From assembly GCF_009914755.1 (NCBI RefSeq), contig NC_060941.1: DNA of 64,000 nt, one strand, 5' to 3'. Below, piece after piece: positions 1-12,419 of this stretch. The stretch's first letter is position 1. Every line of letters begins with the position of its first letter. The notes under the pieces are model-generated. The model was given only the letters and a program-made list of their open reading frames with translations. It had not been told where the DNA came from and made no database searches. This DNA is from the human T2T-CHM13v2.0 reference genome, Homo sapiens. A program made the position numbers and the translations under genes.

Positions 1-369
1 ATCTTGTGAGGTGCGTGCGGCTTGGGCTGCTGGGAAGGTACAGTGCGGCCTAATTACACACTCCTCCGTGACAGGCGGTGTCAAAAGATTAAAGGAATCA
101 AACCAAGTGGCTCTCCAGTGGCCCCTCCCCCAGGAACCAGAGCTGCTGCGTGAAGGTGATTATGGTACCAACGTAGTGGTTAGAAAGATAATTTTCTCTG
201 GGCCCTGTGCCTGCCGCCTCCTCCACTGAGCTGCGCTTCGGCACTGCGACTCGGCCACCTTGTCTGGGCTTCACAGATTCATTTTCTTTTTTGTTGGCAC
301 AGCTGAGCAGAAGGAAACAAACTAAGCAGCTCTCCCTCCACCAGCCTCCCACCCCACCACCCACGGGCC

Positions 370-900
370 TCTCCTCCTCTTCCCTCTCCTCCCCTTCCCC
401 TCCCTTCCCCTCCCCTCCCCTTCCCTCTCTTCCTCTTCCCCTCCCCTCCCTTCCCTTCCCCTCCCCTCCCCTCCCTTCCCCTCCCTTCCCCTTCCCCTCC
501 TCTCCCCTTCCATCCCCTCCCCTCCCTTCCCTTTCTCACCCCTCCCTTCCCCTTCTCACCCCTCCCTTCCCCTTCCCCTCCTCTCCCCTTCCATCCCCTC
601 CCCTCCCTTCCCCTTCTCACCCCTCCCTTCCCCTTCCCCTCCTCTCCCCTTCCATCCCCTCCCCTTCCATCCCCTCCCCTCCCTTCCCCTTCTCACCCCT
701 CCCTTCCCCTTCCCCTTCTCACCCCTCCCTTCCTCTTCCCCTTCCCTCCCTTCCCCTTCTCTCCCCTCCCTTCCCCTTCTCTCCCCTCCCCTCCCTTCCC
801 TTCCCCTCCTCTTTTCTTTCTTCTCCTCTCTCTCCTCTCTCTTCTCTGTCTCCTCTCTCTCTTCTTTCTCTCTCTCCTTTCTCTCCTCTCTCTCTCTGTT
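370..900. repeat. C/T-rich low-complexity, degenerate tandem repeat (polypyrimidine/polypurine tract)
   Basis: About 530 bp almost entirely C/T, with recurring units ccccttcccc, ccttccatcccct and ccttctcacccct. Confidence 0.95.
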
Positions 901-1322
901 TGCTTCCCATTCTGTTTTTCTTCCTAGTCATCTCCATTCTGTTCTGCCCCTTTCACCTCCTGTTTGGTCTCTGCATCTCTTTTCCTTCCCCTCCTTAAAG
1001 ACCTGTCAGAGTTCAAGGATAAGGAAGCCACTGTGGGCTGCTTCCTGTTTTTTTGTTTTTGTATTTTTTTGTTTTTTTTCTTTTCTTTTTTCCGCTCTGA
1101 TGGTCTTTAAAATAATAACAGCAATAATCATGACCAATAACCGTCCTCGCCTCTTGCCAGCCCGTGTAGATGGCTTCCCTTGCATCATTTATGATACATT
1201 ATCAGATAAGGAAAGGGAGGACCAGGGGCTCTGCACTTGCCTCAGGGTTTGTGGCTGGTGAAGGCTGGAACCAAGGCTGTGAGCTCTGCCTGTTGACTGC
1301 AGAGAAGCTACCGACCTACTCA

Positions 1323-1801
<479 letters not shown>

Positions 1802-3613
1802 GGCAAGATAAGAAGGCACCTCTGCAAGTATCTCCTCCAGGCAGAGAGGACTGAGTATCAGTGAGGGAGGGGAGCAGGGTACCGGGACCCCCACTCCAGA
1901 CTCTGCCATGCCTCTGCCCAACTTTGCTGCAGTGACTTTGGGCAAGCATCCCTGATTTACCCGGCTATGGGCTGTCACCCCTGAGGAGGGAATGCCATGT
2001 CCCTCAGGTGAGCAGAGGAAGGGTTGAGAGCTGGTCGGAACCTTCAGTATGCAGGGAGGGGCTGGAGCTCCTGGAAGACATGTGACTTGCCTAAGGTTAT
2101 TCGCAGGATGGGCCCAGAGCTCCACTCTCCTGCCCTTCAGCCTGAGAGTCCTCATTCACTTCTCTGCACCTTCAGTATCTGCAGGGTCTTTGCCAAAACC
2201 CAAACCTCCACAGGGGTCCTCTCACATCCTTTCCATGATGACACGGTGACCATCTGTGAGTGGGAGGAAAGACGCCCGGAGGGGTTGGTGGAAGTGGGCG
2301 CTCCCTCACAATGACTTCTGCTTCTGAGGGTGTGAAGACACAGCTTGGGATTTCAGGCGGAGGGTTTGCTAATGTCACTACAGCACACACCTGCTGGGAA
2401 TGGTATCTTGGCGGGGGAAGGGGCACGGAGCGGAAGAGGGGGATGCAAAACCCACCTCTTTCTGGTCTCTTCCCTCCCATTTCCATCCTACTGCACTTGG
2501 AAACAGAGCATCAGGGAGGGATTAGGGATTTAAAAAGTGGCCGTTAGAGGAAGGCAAGAGTGGCCCGCACCAGCTACTGTGGAGTGTCTCCATTACCATA
2601 ATAACTAACCACTTAATAACTGGCTTCCCCACTAATTCTAATTGAAACACATAATGATATTTCCGGGCCGAGAGTGGCAAGCTCAAGTCTCGGCAGACAT
2701 CTCCAGGCGCACCCCCCCAGCTTCACGTGGCGAAAACTGTGGGCTCTCCTTGGGTATTCTGTTGGAATAGATTCGGGCAGCCGACACCAGCTCTTGTACG
2801 GCTGCCAGGAACCACAGCTGATGATAAAAGCCATTAAAGGTCAGCTGGGAATAGAAAACCATTTATGTTAAATGTCACAGATTAAGCCGCAGAGTGGGCC
2901 TTGGGCAGGGAGCAAAGGGTGAGATGCGAAATGCTGGTCACTGTGCTGCCTCTGTAAGGTCTGGGGCAGTGGGGGGGATTGAAGGGTGGAGGTGAAGCCA
3001 GGGGCAGGGGAGCACTTGAGTTCCTGCTCCCTCCAGCCTGGGGAGGCAGGTGGATGCTGGCAGCCACAGGTGATTAGGTGATTGGCCAGGCTGGCCGCCC
3101 TGAGGTTGCTAGGCGACCTGAGGGCAAGGTGTGGGGAGAGGATGGAGTGGGTCTGTGTGGCATCATCGCAGAAGGGGACCCGGGCGGTCTCTAGGAGGGC
3201 CAATGAGATGGAGGCTGCTTCCACTTACAGAGGGACCCTTGCAGGCTCTTTTTCTGGAGTGTGGTCAGCGGGACAGTGTGGGTGTGCCTAATCATGACTG
3301 AGGATGAGTGTGACACAAGTCAACTGCTCGCTGCAGCCACAGCCAGGAAGTCACAGAGAAACAAACACCACGCCCCCTTCACTACCTTCCAATGGCCTCG
3401 GAAGCTGCAGTTTGAAGGACACAGGAGGGGCTCAAGTGGGAGGGGTTTCAGGGCTCAGAGGAGCCTGGGCCAGGCCCTAAAGGGTGGCTCCAAGAGAACT
3501 GGGGACTCTGGTTCTATCGCCGCCTCAAAAGTGCCTGTGCTCCTTAAACCTGAACCTGAGTATCCGGCAAGAGCCCCTCTGTGCATCTCTGCTCCGTCCT
3601 TTGGCAAAACTCA

Positions 3614-3686
3614 CCTGAGAAGCCGGTTTGTTGACAGGTCTGAGAAACCCCCTGGAAGTTAATTAGATCACTCAGATCCCACTGAA
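3614..3686. repeat. 73-bp segment, inverted copy at 6719-6791
   Basis: Reverse complement aligns without gaps to 6719-6791 with only a few mismatches. Confidence 0.95.
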
Positions 3687-4204
3687 ACAATGACTACCAT
3701 CCTTGGTGACCTACCTGGGGAGTGGTTCACTTTTGCTGGTTGAGCCAGAGACTTCGTTTCCGTGCTTCTCCACCTCCCACCTTGCCTCCAGATTGCCGAG
3801 CTGTTGCTGTGTGCACAGGGAATGAAGGCTCATTTTAATATTGGTGCAAGCAGACATCATTGGGAAGGTAAATCTAGTGGGAGAGGGGAGCAGGCAAAAT
3901 GAATATCACCCCAAGCCCTGTCCTGCAGCCTTAAGTCCAGTCACAGGAGGGTAGTTTGAAGCAGGGGCATGTTTCCTCTGGGAATTGGGAATCATTCATA
4001 CCATTGGATGGGGCCTGAAGGAGATACTGAGGTTGTCTCCCCCGAAACCCCTGGGATGGAGAACAGATCTCCACCAGCGCAAGGGGTCCCGGGAAGGCCC
4101 TCACCTTCACTCTTCCTATGAGTTGTTTGACAGCAGAATGACTGGGCTGGAAGTGACCTGGCCTAGAAGCACTCACAGGAATACGATGGGATGGAGGGAG
4201 ATCC

Positions 4205-4558
4205 CAGGAGGCCCTGAGGGTCCAGCCAGTGGGTGCTGTGTCAAGATGGTAGGATGAGTGGGCTTGGTAGGATGGCTGGGGGTGAGGCTGGGATGTTGAT
4301 AGACACTAGGAAGATTTATATTGATTTCTGCCATCAATAGATTCGTATTGGCAACTACTCTGCACCGGCCCAGTGGCTGGCACTGGAAATATAATGCTAA
4401 GTAAGACCATTATCCTTTCTTCTAGAACCTCACTGAGAATAGGGAAGATCAATATGTTCCCGAGTAATTATGGTACATTAAAACTATCTCTAGGAGAGAG
4501 GCAGTGCAAGGGACTCAGAGCACCTAGAAGAGCAACCAGGAAGATGGGGAAGGCTTCA
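4205..4558 (+). repeat. 354-bp local duplication, copy 1 (copy 2 at 6369-6722)
   Basis: Ungapped alignment, about 26 mismatches by manual count (about 93% identity); partly L2-derived. Confidence 0.97.
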
Positions 4559-4789
4559 GAAAGGCAACATTGGAACCACCGGGCCTTCCATAGTCGAAAG
4601 GAGAAGGCTGGAGAGGAAAGTGTGGGCAAGATGGTAAAGAGCCTTGGATACTGTTCTTAAGAAGAGAGTTGAAAGTTAATTCTGAAGGCAAGAGAGAGGT
4701 ATGTGCTGTTTTGGGGCAGGAGAATGAGAGGGCTTGTCCTGGATTTTAGAAAGAACACTCTAGAAGCTACAGGGAGGATGTGCCAGACA

Positions 4790-4974
4790 CAGAGGTTCTC
4801 AACCTTGACTGCATCAAAATCATTTGGAGGGCTGGTGGAAACACGGATCACTGGTCCCTGCAGCCCAAGAGTTTTTAATTCAGCAAGGCTGGGCTGTGGC
4901 CAGAGAATTTGTATTCCTAACAAGCTCCCACGTGCTGCTGCTTTGGGTCCTGGGACCACAGTTTGAGAACCACT
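4790..4974. mobile_element. MER5A hAT-Charlie MITE
   Basis: Terminal inverted repeats cagaggttctcaa ... ttgagaaccactg and typical internal ctaacaagctccc. Confidence 0.85.
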
Positions 4975-5532
4975 GTGTTGGAGAGAGGATCTGTGCAGGA
5001 TCTGGAAGCAAGGAGAGCAGGTAGAAAGAAATGGGAATAAAATGAGAGATGATGAGGAGACTGGCTTGAGAGACCACTGAGGTCTCGGGGCAGGCAGATG
5101 GCGTGGTGCAGATGGGGAGAGGCAGGGCTCAGATGCAGGGAGTGGGTAGCAGAATCATGATATGGCTTTGGAGGGGCTGAAGCAGCAGAAGATGGTCAGG
5201 ACAAGGAAGTGCAAAGCCAGGAAATGGGAACAGGATCCCAGGCAGGGCTGAGGTCCCAAGGGAGCAAGGACAGAGCCAGAGACTGGGGCTGGGGTCAGAG
5301 TTCCAACTCATTTGGCTGAGGAGGTGAGCAGTGGGCCAAGACTCCTACACTCTCTGCTTTTAGGCAATTAGGCCTCATTTCTGGGAGAAAAACACAGCTA
5401 CAAATGGGCCTGGTTTTGCAGGTCAGGAGCACACAAGGGCGTGAATCCCACAGAGCAGGCCCAGAAATAGCGTGGGAGAGACTCTGATTCACTGTGTGCA
5501 GTGAGGTGCCAGCCTAGTTAAAGCACCCTGTC

Positions 5533-5822
5533 GGCCAGGCGCGGTGGCTCATGCCTGTAATCCCAGCCTTGGGGAGGCCAAGGCAGGCGGATCACCTGAG
5601 GTCAGGAGTTTGAGACCAGCCTGGCCAACATGGTGAAACCCCGTCTCTACTAAAAATACAAAAATTAGCCGGGCATGGTGGTGGGTGCCTGTAATCGGGA
5701 GGCTGAGGCAGGAGAATTGCTTGAACCAGGAAGTTGGAGGTTGCAGTGATCCAAGATCACGCCACTGCACTGCAGCCTGGGCAACAGAGCAAGACTCTGT
5801 CTCAAAAAAAAAAAAAAAAAAA
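5533..5822 (+). mobile_element. AluS
   Basis: Dimeric Alu with poly(A); TSD gcaccctgt on both sides; about 10-bp deletion in the right arm. Confidence 0.97.
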
Positions 5823-6368
5823 GGGCACCCTGTTGCTGGCCCCTAAGTGGCAGCCCACCCAGCCTGGGAGAACCCAGTCAGACAGGCTTTGTTCAAGACT
5901 TAAGCCCCAGTGACACAAGCGCCGCTCAGACCTCTCTTTTAGTCCCAAGGCCTGGCTGCTGGTCCAATTGCCTGTGGGAGGGAGACATCTCCCGGGAAGA
6001 GTGAAGAATCCAGCCACAAGCAGAGCAGCTGGAAGTTGATTCCATTTCTTTTCAGCAGCCTAGGAGCAGGCAAGGGGACTGGAAGGGGAGTGGGTGAGCA
6101 GACAGACCCCAGGAAGGGGTGCTCCTGAGGTTTTCAGCTAACAGAGCCCAGATGGATGTCTCCACCAACTTCCTGGTGCTGGGACAACCTTCATCTCTGC
6201 CTCTGTCCCCAAGGCTGTGTCCCTGTGTCTTAGCCCTGACGTCTCTTCTCCCGTGGTGGTCTTGCCAGTCTCATCCACTCAGTGGTTTATTTAAAGTACA
6301 CAAAACATCAGACCATGATTTAAAGGAAGCTGGTATCTAGACTTTACACCACTTAGTTATGTTTTAAG

Positions 6369-6791
6369 CAGGAGGCCCTGAGGGTCCAGGCAGTGGGCGC
6401 TGTGTCAAGATGGTAGGGTGGGTGGGCTTGGTAGGATGGCTGGGGGTGAGGGTGGGACATTGATAGACACCAGGAAAAGTTATATTGGTTTCTGCCGTCA
6501 ATAGATACGTATTGGCAACTACTCTGCACTGGCCCAGTGGTTGGCACTGGAAATATAATGCTAAATAAGACTATTATCTTTGCCTCTAGAACCTCACTGC
6601 GAATAAGGAAGATCAATATGTTCCCGAGTAATTATAATACATTAAAACTATCTCTAGGAGAGAGGCAGTGCAAGGGACTCAGAGCACCTAGAAGAGCAAC
6701 CAGGAGGATGGCGAAGGCTTCAATGGGATCTGAGTGATCTAATTAACTTCCGGAGGATTTTTCAGACCTGTCAACAAACTGGCTTCTCAGG
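6369..6791. repeat. Composite duplication: direct copy of 4205-4558 joined to inverted copy of 3614-3686
   Basis: Direct sequence comparison; junction ttca (6719-6722) is shared by both templates. Confidence 0.95.
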
Positions 6792-7859
6792 CTAGATGTG
6801 GCCCTGACTCTAGGGCCTCATATAAAGTTTTATTACCCACTTCACAGTGGAATAAGTTCGCTGCTGGGCCTGATGTCTGTCTGTCCATCTGCCAGTCAAG
6901 AATACGTGCAGGCACTGCTCTGCCGGATCTCCTGCCCATCTCCCTCCCAGAGTTCTCACCCAAGCACGGTTATTCCTGGTTAACCTTCCTGAGCATCTGG
7001 CTCTCCTAGGATCCAGGTCTTGAATTGTTCCTGCTTCCAGACTCTCTGAACCCATGGCCCCAAGCTCCCTTGCACCTGTTCTGCTCCACTTTCCTGCTCA
7101 TGGCCACTACCGGGATTTCTATCCCCTCCCTGCCCCCGGGTTGCCACCTCTGCTCCACCTTTGGCAGCTGGCCTGATGGGTACCTGCACCATCTCTCCTG
7201 ATACCAATATCAGCATGGGCATCTTGTCTCCAATGCCTGATCACAGTTTATGGACCACTCCTTCTAGACTGAGGTTTCTCTTCGGCCCATGGTGATGTTA
7301 TAGGAGGCTGTTTGGGCTCCCAGGGGAAAAGGGAGCGTCTCTGGATGGGTGGCCTTGTGTAGAGGAGAGCTGGCAGGCAGGAGGCAGCCTGGAAGGAGGA
7401 GAGGGAAGACACTGGATGACAGGGATGCTGGGGAAGGGGGCTCTCCAGCACCCACTGTGGGTAGCCTGGAGGATGGTCGGTCCCCTCCAGGATAATGTTC
7501 ATTGCAGGCCAGGGCTGCCAGGATAGCTAGGCAGGACAAAGGGTTGCCACGGGTGGGCAGGGGTGGGTGGGGTGGGGTCGGCTCACCCTGGCCAGCATCT
7601 GCCTCTGTCGGGGCAGCAGGGAAGCCAGGAACCCTGTGGCTTTCCACTGTCTTCTCTTTGACTCTTCAGAAGAGGCACAATCCCAAGGGAAGATAGGATT
7701 GTAACAAGTTTGGAGGGGAAAAGGGAAGAGAAACCCTAAAACCTTCCTACCAGGACTCTCCTCTGAGATCCAAAACACACTCCCAGAAGCTGACACCCAT
7801 AAGCACTGACTATGGACCAGACTCAGCTTCACCCCATGATCCCTGGGCCCTGCCACCAT

Positions 7860-7978
7860 GACCCTGAGAGGAAGGAACCATTATGATGATCAATTTGGAA
7901 ATGAGAAAATGGAAACTCAGAGAGTTGAATACCTGGTCTAAGATCATATAGCAAGAATTTGGGCCAGAACTGCCTGCC
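7860..7978 (-). mobile_element. MIR fragment
   Basis: MIR core-like atggaaactcagagagttgaatacctggtctaagatcatatagc. Confidence 0.6.
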
Positions 7979-8146
7979 CCCATGGCCCATATTTGCAACT
8001 GTGACAGCCTCACAGCTAAGCACAATCATTTCTCGGAGCTCCCTGGGCCTTGGTGGAGCCGGGCTGCTCACAGAGATCATCCCCCAAGGCGCCGAGAACC
8101 ACCTAAGCCCAATCATTCCAGCTGCATCCCAATAGTTAGCCTTTGA

Positions 8147-8310
8147 CGGGGTCAGCAAACTTTGGCTCCAGGGCCACATATAAAGTGTTATTGGAATGCA
8201 GCTTTGCTTGTGCATTTCAGTATCGTTTGTGACTGCTCATGCTACATTGGCCTCATTGAGTAGCTGAAACAAATGCCTAACATGTTTGCTCTCAGGCTCT
8301 TTCCAGAACG
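8147..8310. mobile_element. MER58A-like hAT MITE, interrupted near its end by an MLT1 LTR
   Basis: ggggtcagcaaac terminus; ataaagtgttattggaa and gagtagctgaaaca match the recalled consensus. Confidence 0.7.
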
Positions 8311-8687
8311 TGTGTTATCGTAGCTCAGGCTGCTATAACAAAATATCATAGACTGGGGGGCTTAACAGACATTTGTTCCTCACAGTTTGGAGGATGTAAG
8401 TCCGAGCTCAGGGTGCCAGCATGGTTGGGTTCTGGTAAGGGATCTTTTCCTGGCGTGCCGGCTGCTGACTTTTTACTGTATCCTCATGTGGCACAAAGAA
8501 GCAGCCTTGTTCTCTTCCTCTTCTCCAAAAAACACAAATCTCATCTTGGGGGTCCACCTTCATGACCTGATCTAAGCCTAATCTACTCCCAAAGTCCCCA
8601 CCTCCAAATACCCCAAATACCATTGCATTCGAGGTTAGGGCTTTAACATACGACTTTTGCGGTGGCACAAGTATTCAGTCCGTAACA
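8311..8687 (-). mobile_element. MLT1A-family (ERVL-MaLR) solo LTR
   Basis: gctgctataacaaaatatcatagactggg ... attcagtccgtaaca with TG...CA termini. Confidence 0.9.
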
Positions 8688-8981
8688 TATGTCCGCCTCT
8701 GGACTTTGATAAAATCACAAGCTCACCAACGTCTAGCAGAGCCCAGCTGCGATGGTGAGGGCCTGTGTGTGTGCATATGCACGGATGTAGTGTTTGTGCG
8801 TGTGTGCATGGATGTAGGGGTGTGTGTGTGTCCAAGTGTGTGTGCGAGAGGCCCCTGACATCCCGCTCAGGTTCTCTCCTGCCCTCTCCCTGGAGAAGGA
8901 GGAGTAGGTGTTGAGTGGGCAGTGATCTCCTTTCTAAGGGAACTGGGTTTTAGAGGATTTTATAGTCAGAGCAGCACAGTG

Positions 8982-9012
8982 GCTGCTGCTGCTACCGCTG
9001 CTGCTGCTGCTG
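8982..9012. repeat. Interrupted (GCT)n microsatellite
   Basis: (gct)4 acc (gct)5. Confidence 0.9.
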
Positions 9013-9596
9013 AAATTTAAGTAATTTTCCCCTAATTAAGCAATTATCTCAGAGATAGCTGCTCCCATCCCCGGAAACTTTCTTACGGAGGGCAGGGAGT
9101 GGTGAGATGGGGGTGTAGAGCTTGGGAAGGCCCCAGATATAGAAACACTCTAGCTGTGAGATTCCTGCTGAGCCAAGGGCAGCAGCAGTAGAGGAGCACG
9201 TGGACTCCAAAGGTGTACTTGAACATGAGTCAACTGGTCCCAAGAGCCACGGTTGCTGGAGCCAAACACACCCATGGCAACCGACTCATTACAGGAGATT
9301 GGAGCCCACAGGGGACCCTGAGGTCCATTACAGGGACTTAGGGCGGGGAAAGAGAGAGTGAGCAAAGGCTGGGGCATTTTCAAGGCCAGAAAGAGAGGGA
9401 GGCTTCATTCTTCCATGGCAAAGGGAGAGCCGGACCACCCTAAACAGCTCATCCCGAGCACAAAACTTACCCCACCTTACCGTAAAGACTGTGTGTCGTC
9501 ACTGGTGGGACTAGTTATAGACATAATCCTTCTCTGTAGGCTGACAACCCACAGACCCCACAATCACTTCTGGGAGCCTGAGGCTGCAGCCCAGGG

Positions 9597-9755
9597 CTAG
9601 GATACCCAGCTAAAGTGGAACTTCAGAGAAACAATGGGGAAAATTCTAGTATATCTCAAATATTGCATGGGACATACTTATGCCAAAACCCTACCCACTG
9701 TTTAGTTTTGTTGTTAGGCATTCTGTGATTTGACTTGCTAAATCTGGCAGTTCTA
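9597..9755. mobile_element. MER53 palindromic hAT MITE
   Basis: Diagnostic caaatattgcatgggacatacttat core and gctaaatctggca end. Confidence 0.8.
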
Positions 9756-11388
9756 CCTAGAGCCTAAATACCTTCTTCTCACAATTCCTAAGCTGAGAAA
9801 TGATCGTTTGTCCCCAAGCAATCGCTGGATCCAGTAGAGGCAGCACGAGGACTGTAGGCCGGAGGCGAAGGATTCCCAGCTCTGAGGATTGGTACAAAAA
9901 TCCAAAGGGTTTCTTGTAGAGCCAGTTTGAGGTGGATATACGGACCAGGCAACCTAACAAGGTGGTTTTGCCCTGGGATTCAAACATAGGAAAACTAGAA
10001 AGGGAAAGGAAAGAGGCCCTTATTTTTTGGTGTTAATCATCATTTACTACATGGAGACTTTTTTAAAAAAAAAGACTGGGATGTTTCTTGGTTAAATGGT
10101 GAAAGGGAAATGAAATTGACAGGGCCCTTAGCTGGCTTGTCCCTGCAGAGACTAGAGCTTCTCTCTTCCAACAGAGTATTGACCCAACCCACACATAGAT
10201 CTTTCTGTGGGAACTAGGAGAACAGAGATGTCCCCCTGCCTTCCTGATGAGAAACATTGTCAGAGTTACTGGCCTTTGATCCCAGACTAGCAAGCATACC
10301 ATTGAGTCCAGGTCCCACTGGGACATGAGCAAGGTGGAGATTGTTCAGCCCTGATATAAATGCGGGAGGGGAGCTTCATGGCTCCAGGGTAGTCGTAGAC
10401 CCCACCACCTACATGAGGGACCCTCTGGAATCACAGGGCATGGTCTAGAAGCCAGACAAAAATCTTCTCTGATGCCTTTCCCTGGGATGGGAGGGGGTTT
10501 CAGTAGCTGGAGTCCCCGAACGCTGTGCCCCTTGGCCCAGCCTCTATCAGCACTGGGGTTGACCCACTACTGAAATTCAGTGGGCGTTCCTTCCGCTGCT
10601 GCCAATTTCACCACTGTCAAGTGTGGTTACAGGTGCAAGGAGTGGGTGCAGCAGGGGGCAACAACTCCTCAAGGGAGCTTTGGCAGGAGGGGTGCAGCCA
10701 TGGACCACGATGGGGATTGTGCCTGGCTGGTGAAGACCCAGGGAGTCCCCAGAACAGAGAGCTCTAGGGTGAGACACAGAATCCTCCCAATGCCCCACCT
10801 GCCAACCCCCAGATGCAGCTGGGGTTCTAGCTGGCTCCAGGCCCCACGGTGCCCGGAGGGCTACAGTGGATAAAGTCTGCTAAAAGTTACACTGTATTTA
10901 TTTATTCCCTAGAAGTACAGAGAGACCTGCATAAGAGGAAAGGGCAAGGCATATAGAGACCATAAAAAGAGTTGAGTTTTTATGTAGTGGTAACCTGGGG
11001 AATTAATTTCTGGCTAACAGAGGTCGCACGACAATAACTGAGTTTTGAACAAGCACAGTTCAAAACTCCCTGGGGAGGTACGGAGAGGCCACTGGGCCTT
11101 GAAGGCAGGATGGAGGTGGGTGGAGTGAGGGGTGGGAGATGGCCAGGGCTGGCCTTGGGGACATGGGTACTAGGACCCAATTTCAAAGCACAGTAAGGCT
11201 AATAACTAAATGCTGGTTTCATTCAGTCCACATTTATTGGGCACCTACTGTGTGCCTAAACCTGAGTGAATAACATGGGGATTACAGTGATGGATAAACT
11301 GGGGCCCCACTCTCAATATTGTCATTGTCTTTTGGGGGGGTACCAGGAATGATGCTACCTGTGACTGGGCCATCAGGCATGACAGATA

Positions 11389-11576
11389 GAGCATGACCTG
11401 GGAATCAGACCCCATGGGCAGGAATTCTGCTTCTTTACTATAAACTCTGCCACCTTGGCAAGATGCTTAATCTTTCTCCCTCAGTTTCCTCATATAGAAA
11501 ATAAGAATAATCCTACTTTCTGCCTCTTGAGATTGTGATGAAGATTTATGTGAACAGAAATGGCCTGGCATGTAAC
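11389..11576 (+). mobile_element. MIR
   Basis: accttggcaagatgcttaatctttctccctcagtttcctcatatagaaaat core. Confidence 0.75.
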
Positions 11577-12104
11577 ACCTTCTATCAGGACACACACTCT
11601 GAGAAACAGCTTCACTGAGTTTGAGGCAAAGTATTATGATGGTCCAGAGTGACTCATCCAGTGGAGGGGTCCAGGAAGGCTTCATGGAGGAGGTGACTTC
11701 TGATTTAGGTTTTAAAGCATGAATAAGATCTACATGAAGGGAGAAGAGAGGCACAACTTCTAGGCAGGTGCTACAAGCTGTGGCGGGAAGAATAGGAGGG
11801 GCCACGTGGCACTGAGTGCTTGATGTCCTGGGGGTGTTCTGGCCAAATTTAGGGAGCCCCCCCTTAAATATATAAGGCTGAGCTCAGGATGGTGGGCAGG
11901 CGGTGACCACACGTGGGGAGGAAACCAGAGCACCTGGTACAGTGCCCAGTCCCGGTCTTCTCCAGATACTGATGAGGGGGTGCGGGCATATTTTGGCTGA
12001 AGGCAGCAGCCCTAAGCTCCGGAAGACACCACATTCACCAAGTCAGAACCCTCGGGATGGGAGCCAAAGAATGTTTTCTAGCACTCAGTGAGAGAACAGG
12101 CCCG

Positions 12105-12419
12105 GGCTACCTGATTGAAAGACACCGCAACCCACACGTGTAGCCTTACATTTTCCAGCAGCCACATTAAAAAAAAGTGAAAAGAAACAGGTGAGATTGC
12201 TCACAATAGCATATGTCATTTAACCCAATATATGAAAAATGCCATGATTTCCATGCATAATAAATATAAAAGAATTATTTATGAGATATCTTGCCATCTC
12301 TTTTTCATACTGGGTCCTAAAAGTCCTGTGTGTATCCCACCCTTCAGGCACCTCACTAGCCCAGTGTCCAGTGATCAATAACCACATGTGGCTCAGGGCT
12401 GTCATATCCAACAGCACAG
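12105..12419. mobile_element. MER33/MER3-like hAT-Charlie element
   Basis: ttttccagcagccacattaaaaaaagtgaaaagaaacaggtga and caataaccacatgtggct ... acagcacag. Confidence 0.8.

Noticed and set aside
207-998. 263-aa Pro/Ser/Leu-rich ORF and antisense Gly/Arg/Glu ORFs
   Set aside because: Artefact of the C/T low-complexity tract, which cannot form stop codons; non-ATG start
3071-3117. MHC class II-type X-Y module (CCTAGCAAC plus CCAAT)
   Set aside because: CCAAT orientation and spacing relative to the X box differ from the SXY arrangement and there is no X2 site
4373-6737. Two near-identical short ORFs as a duplicated small gene
   Set aside because: They reflect the 354-bp DNA duplication of partly L2-derived sequence; non-ATG starts and no coding signal
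8982-9012. CTG/CAG repeat as an expansion locus or polyQ/polyA exon
   Set aside because: Only about 9 interrupted units and no exon context
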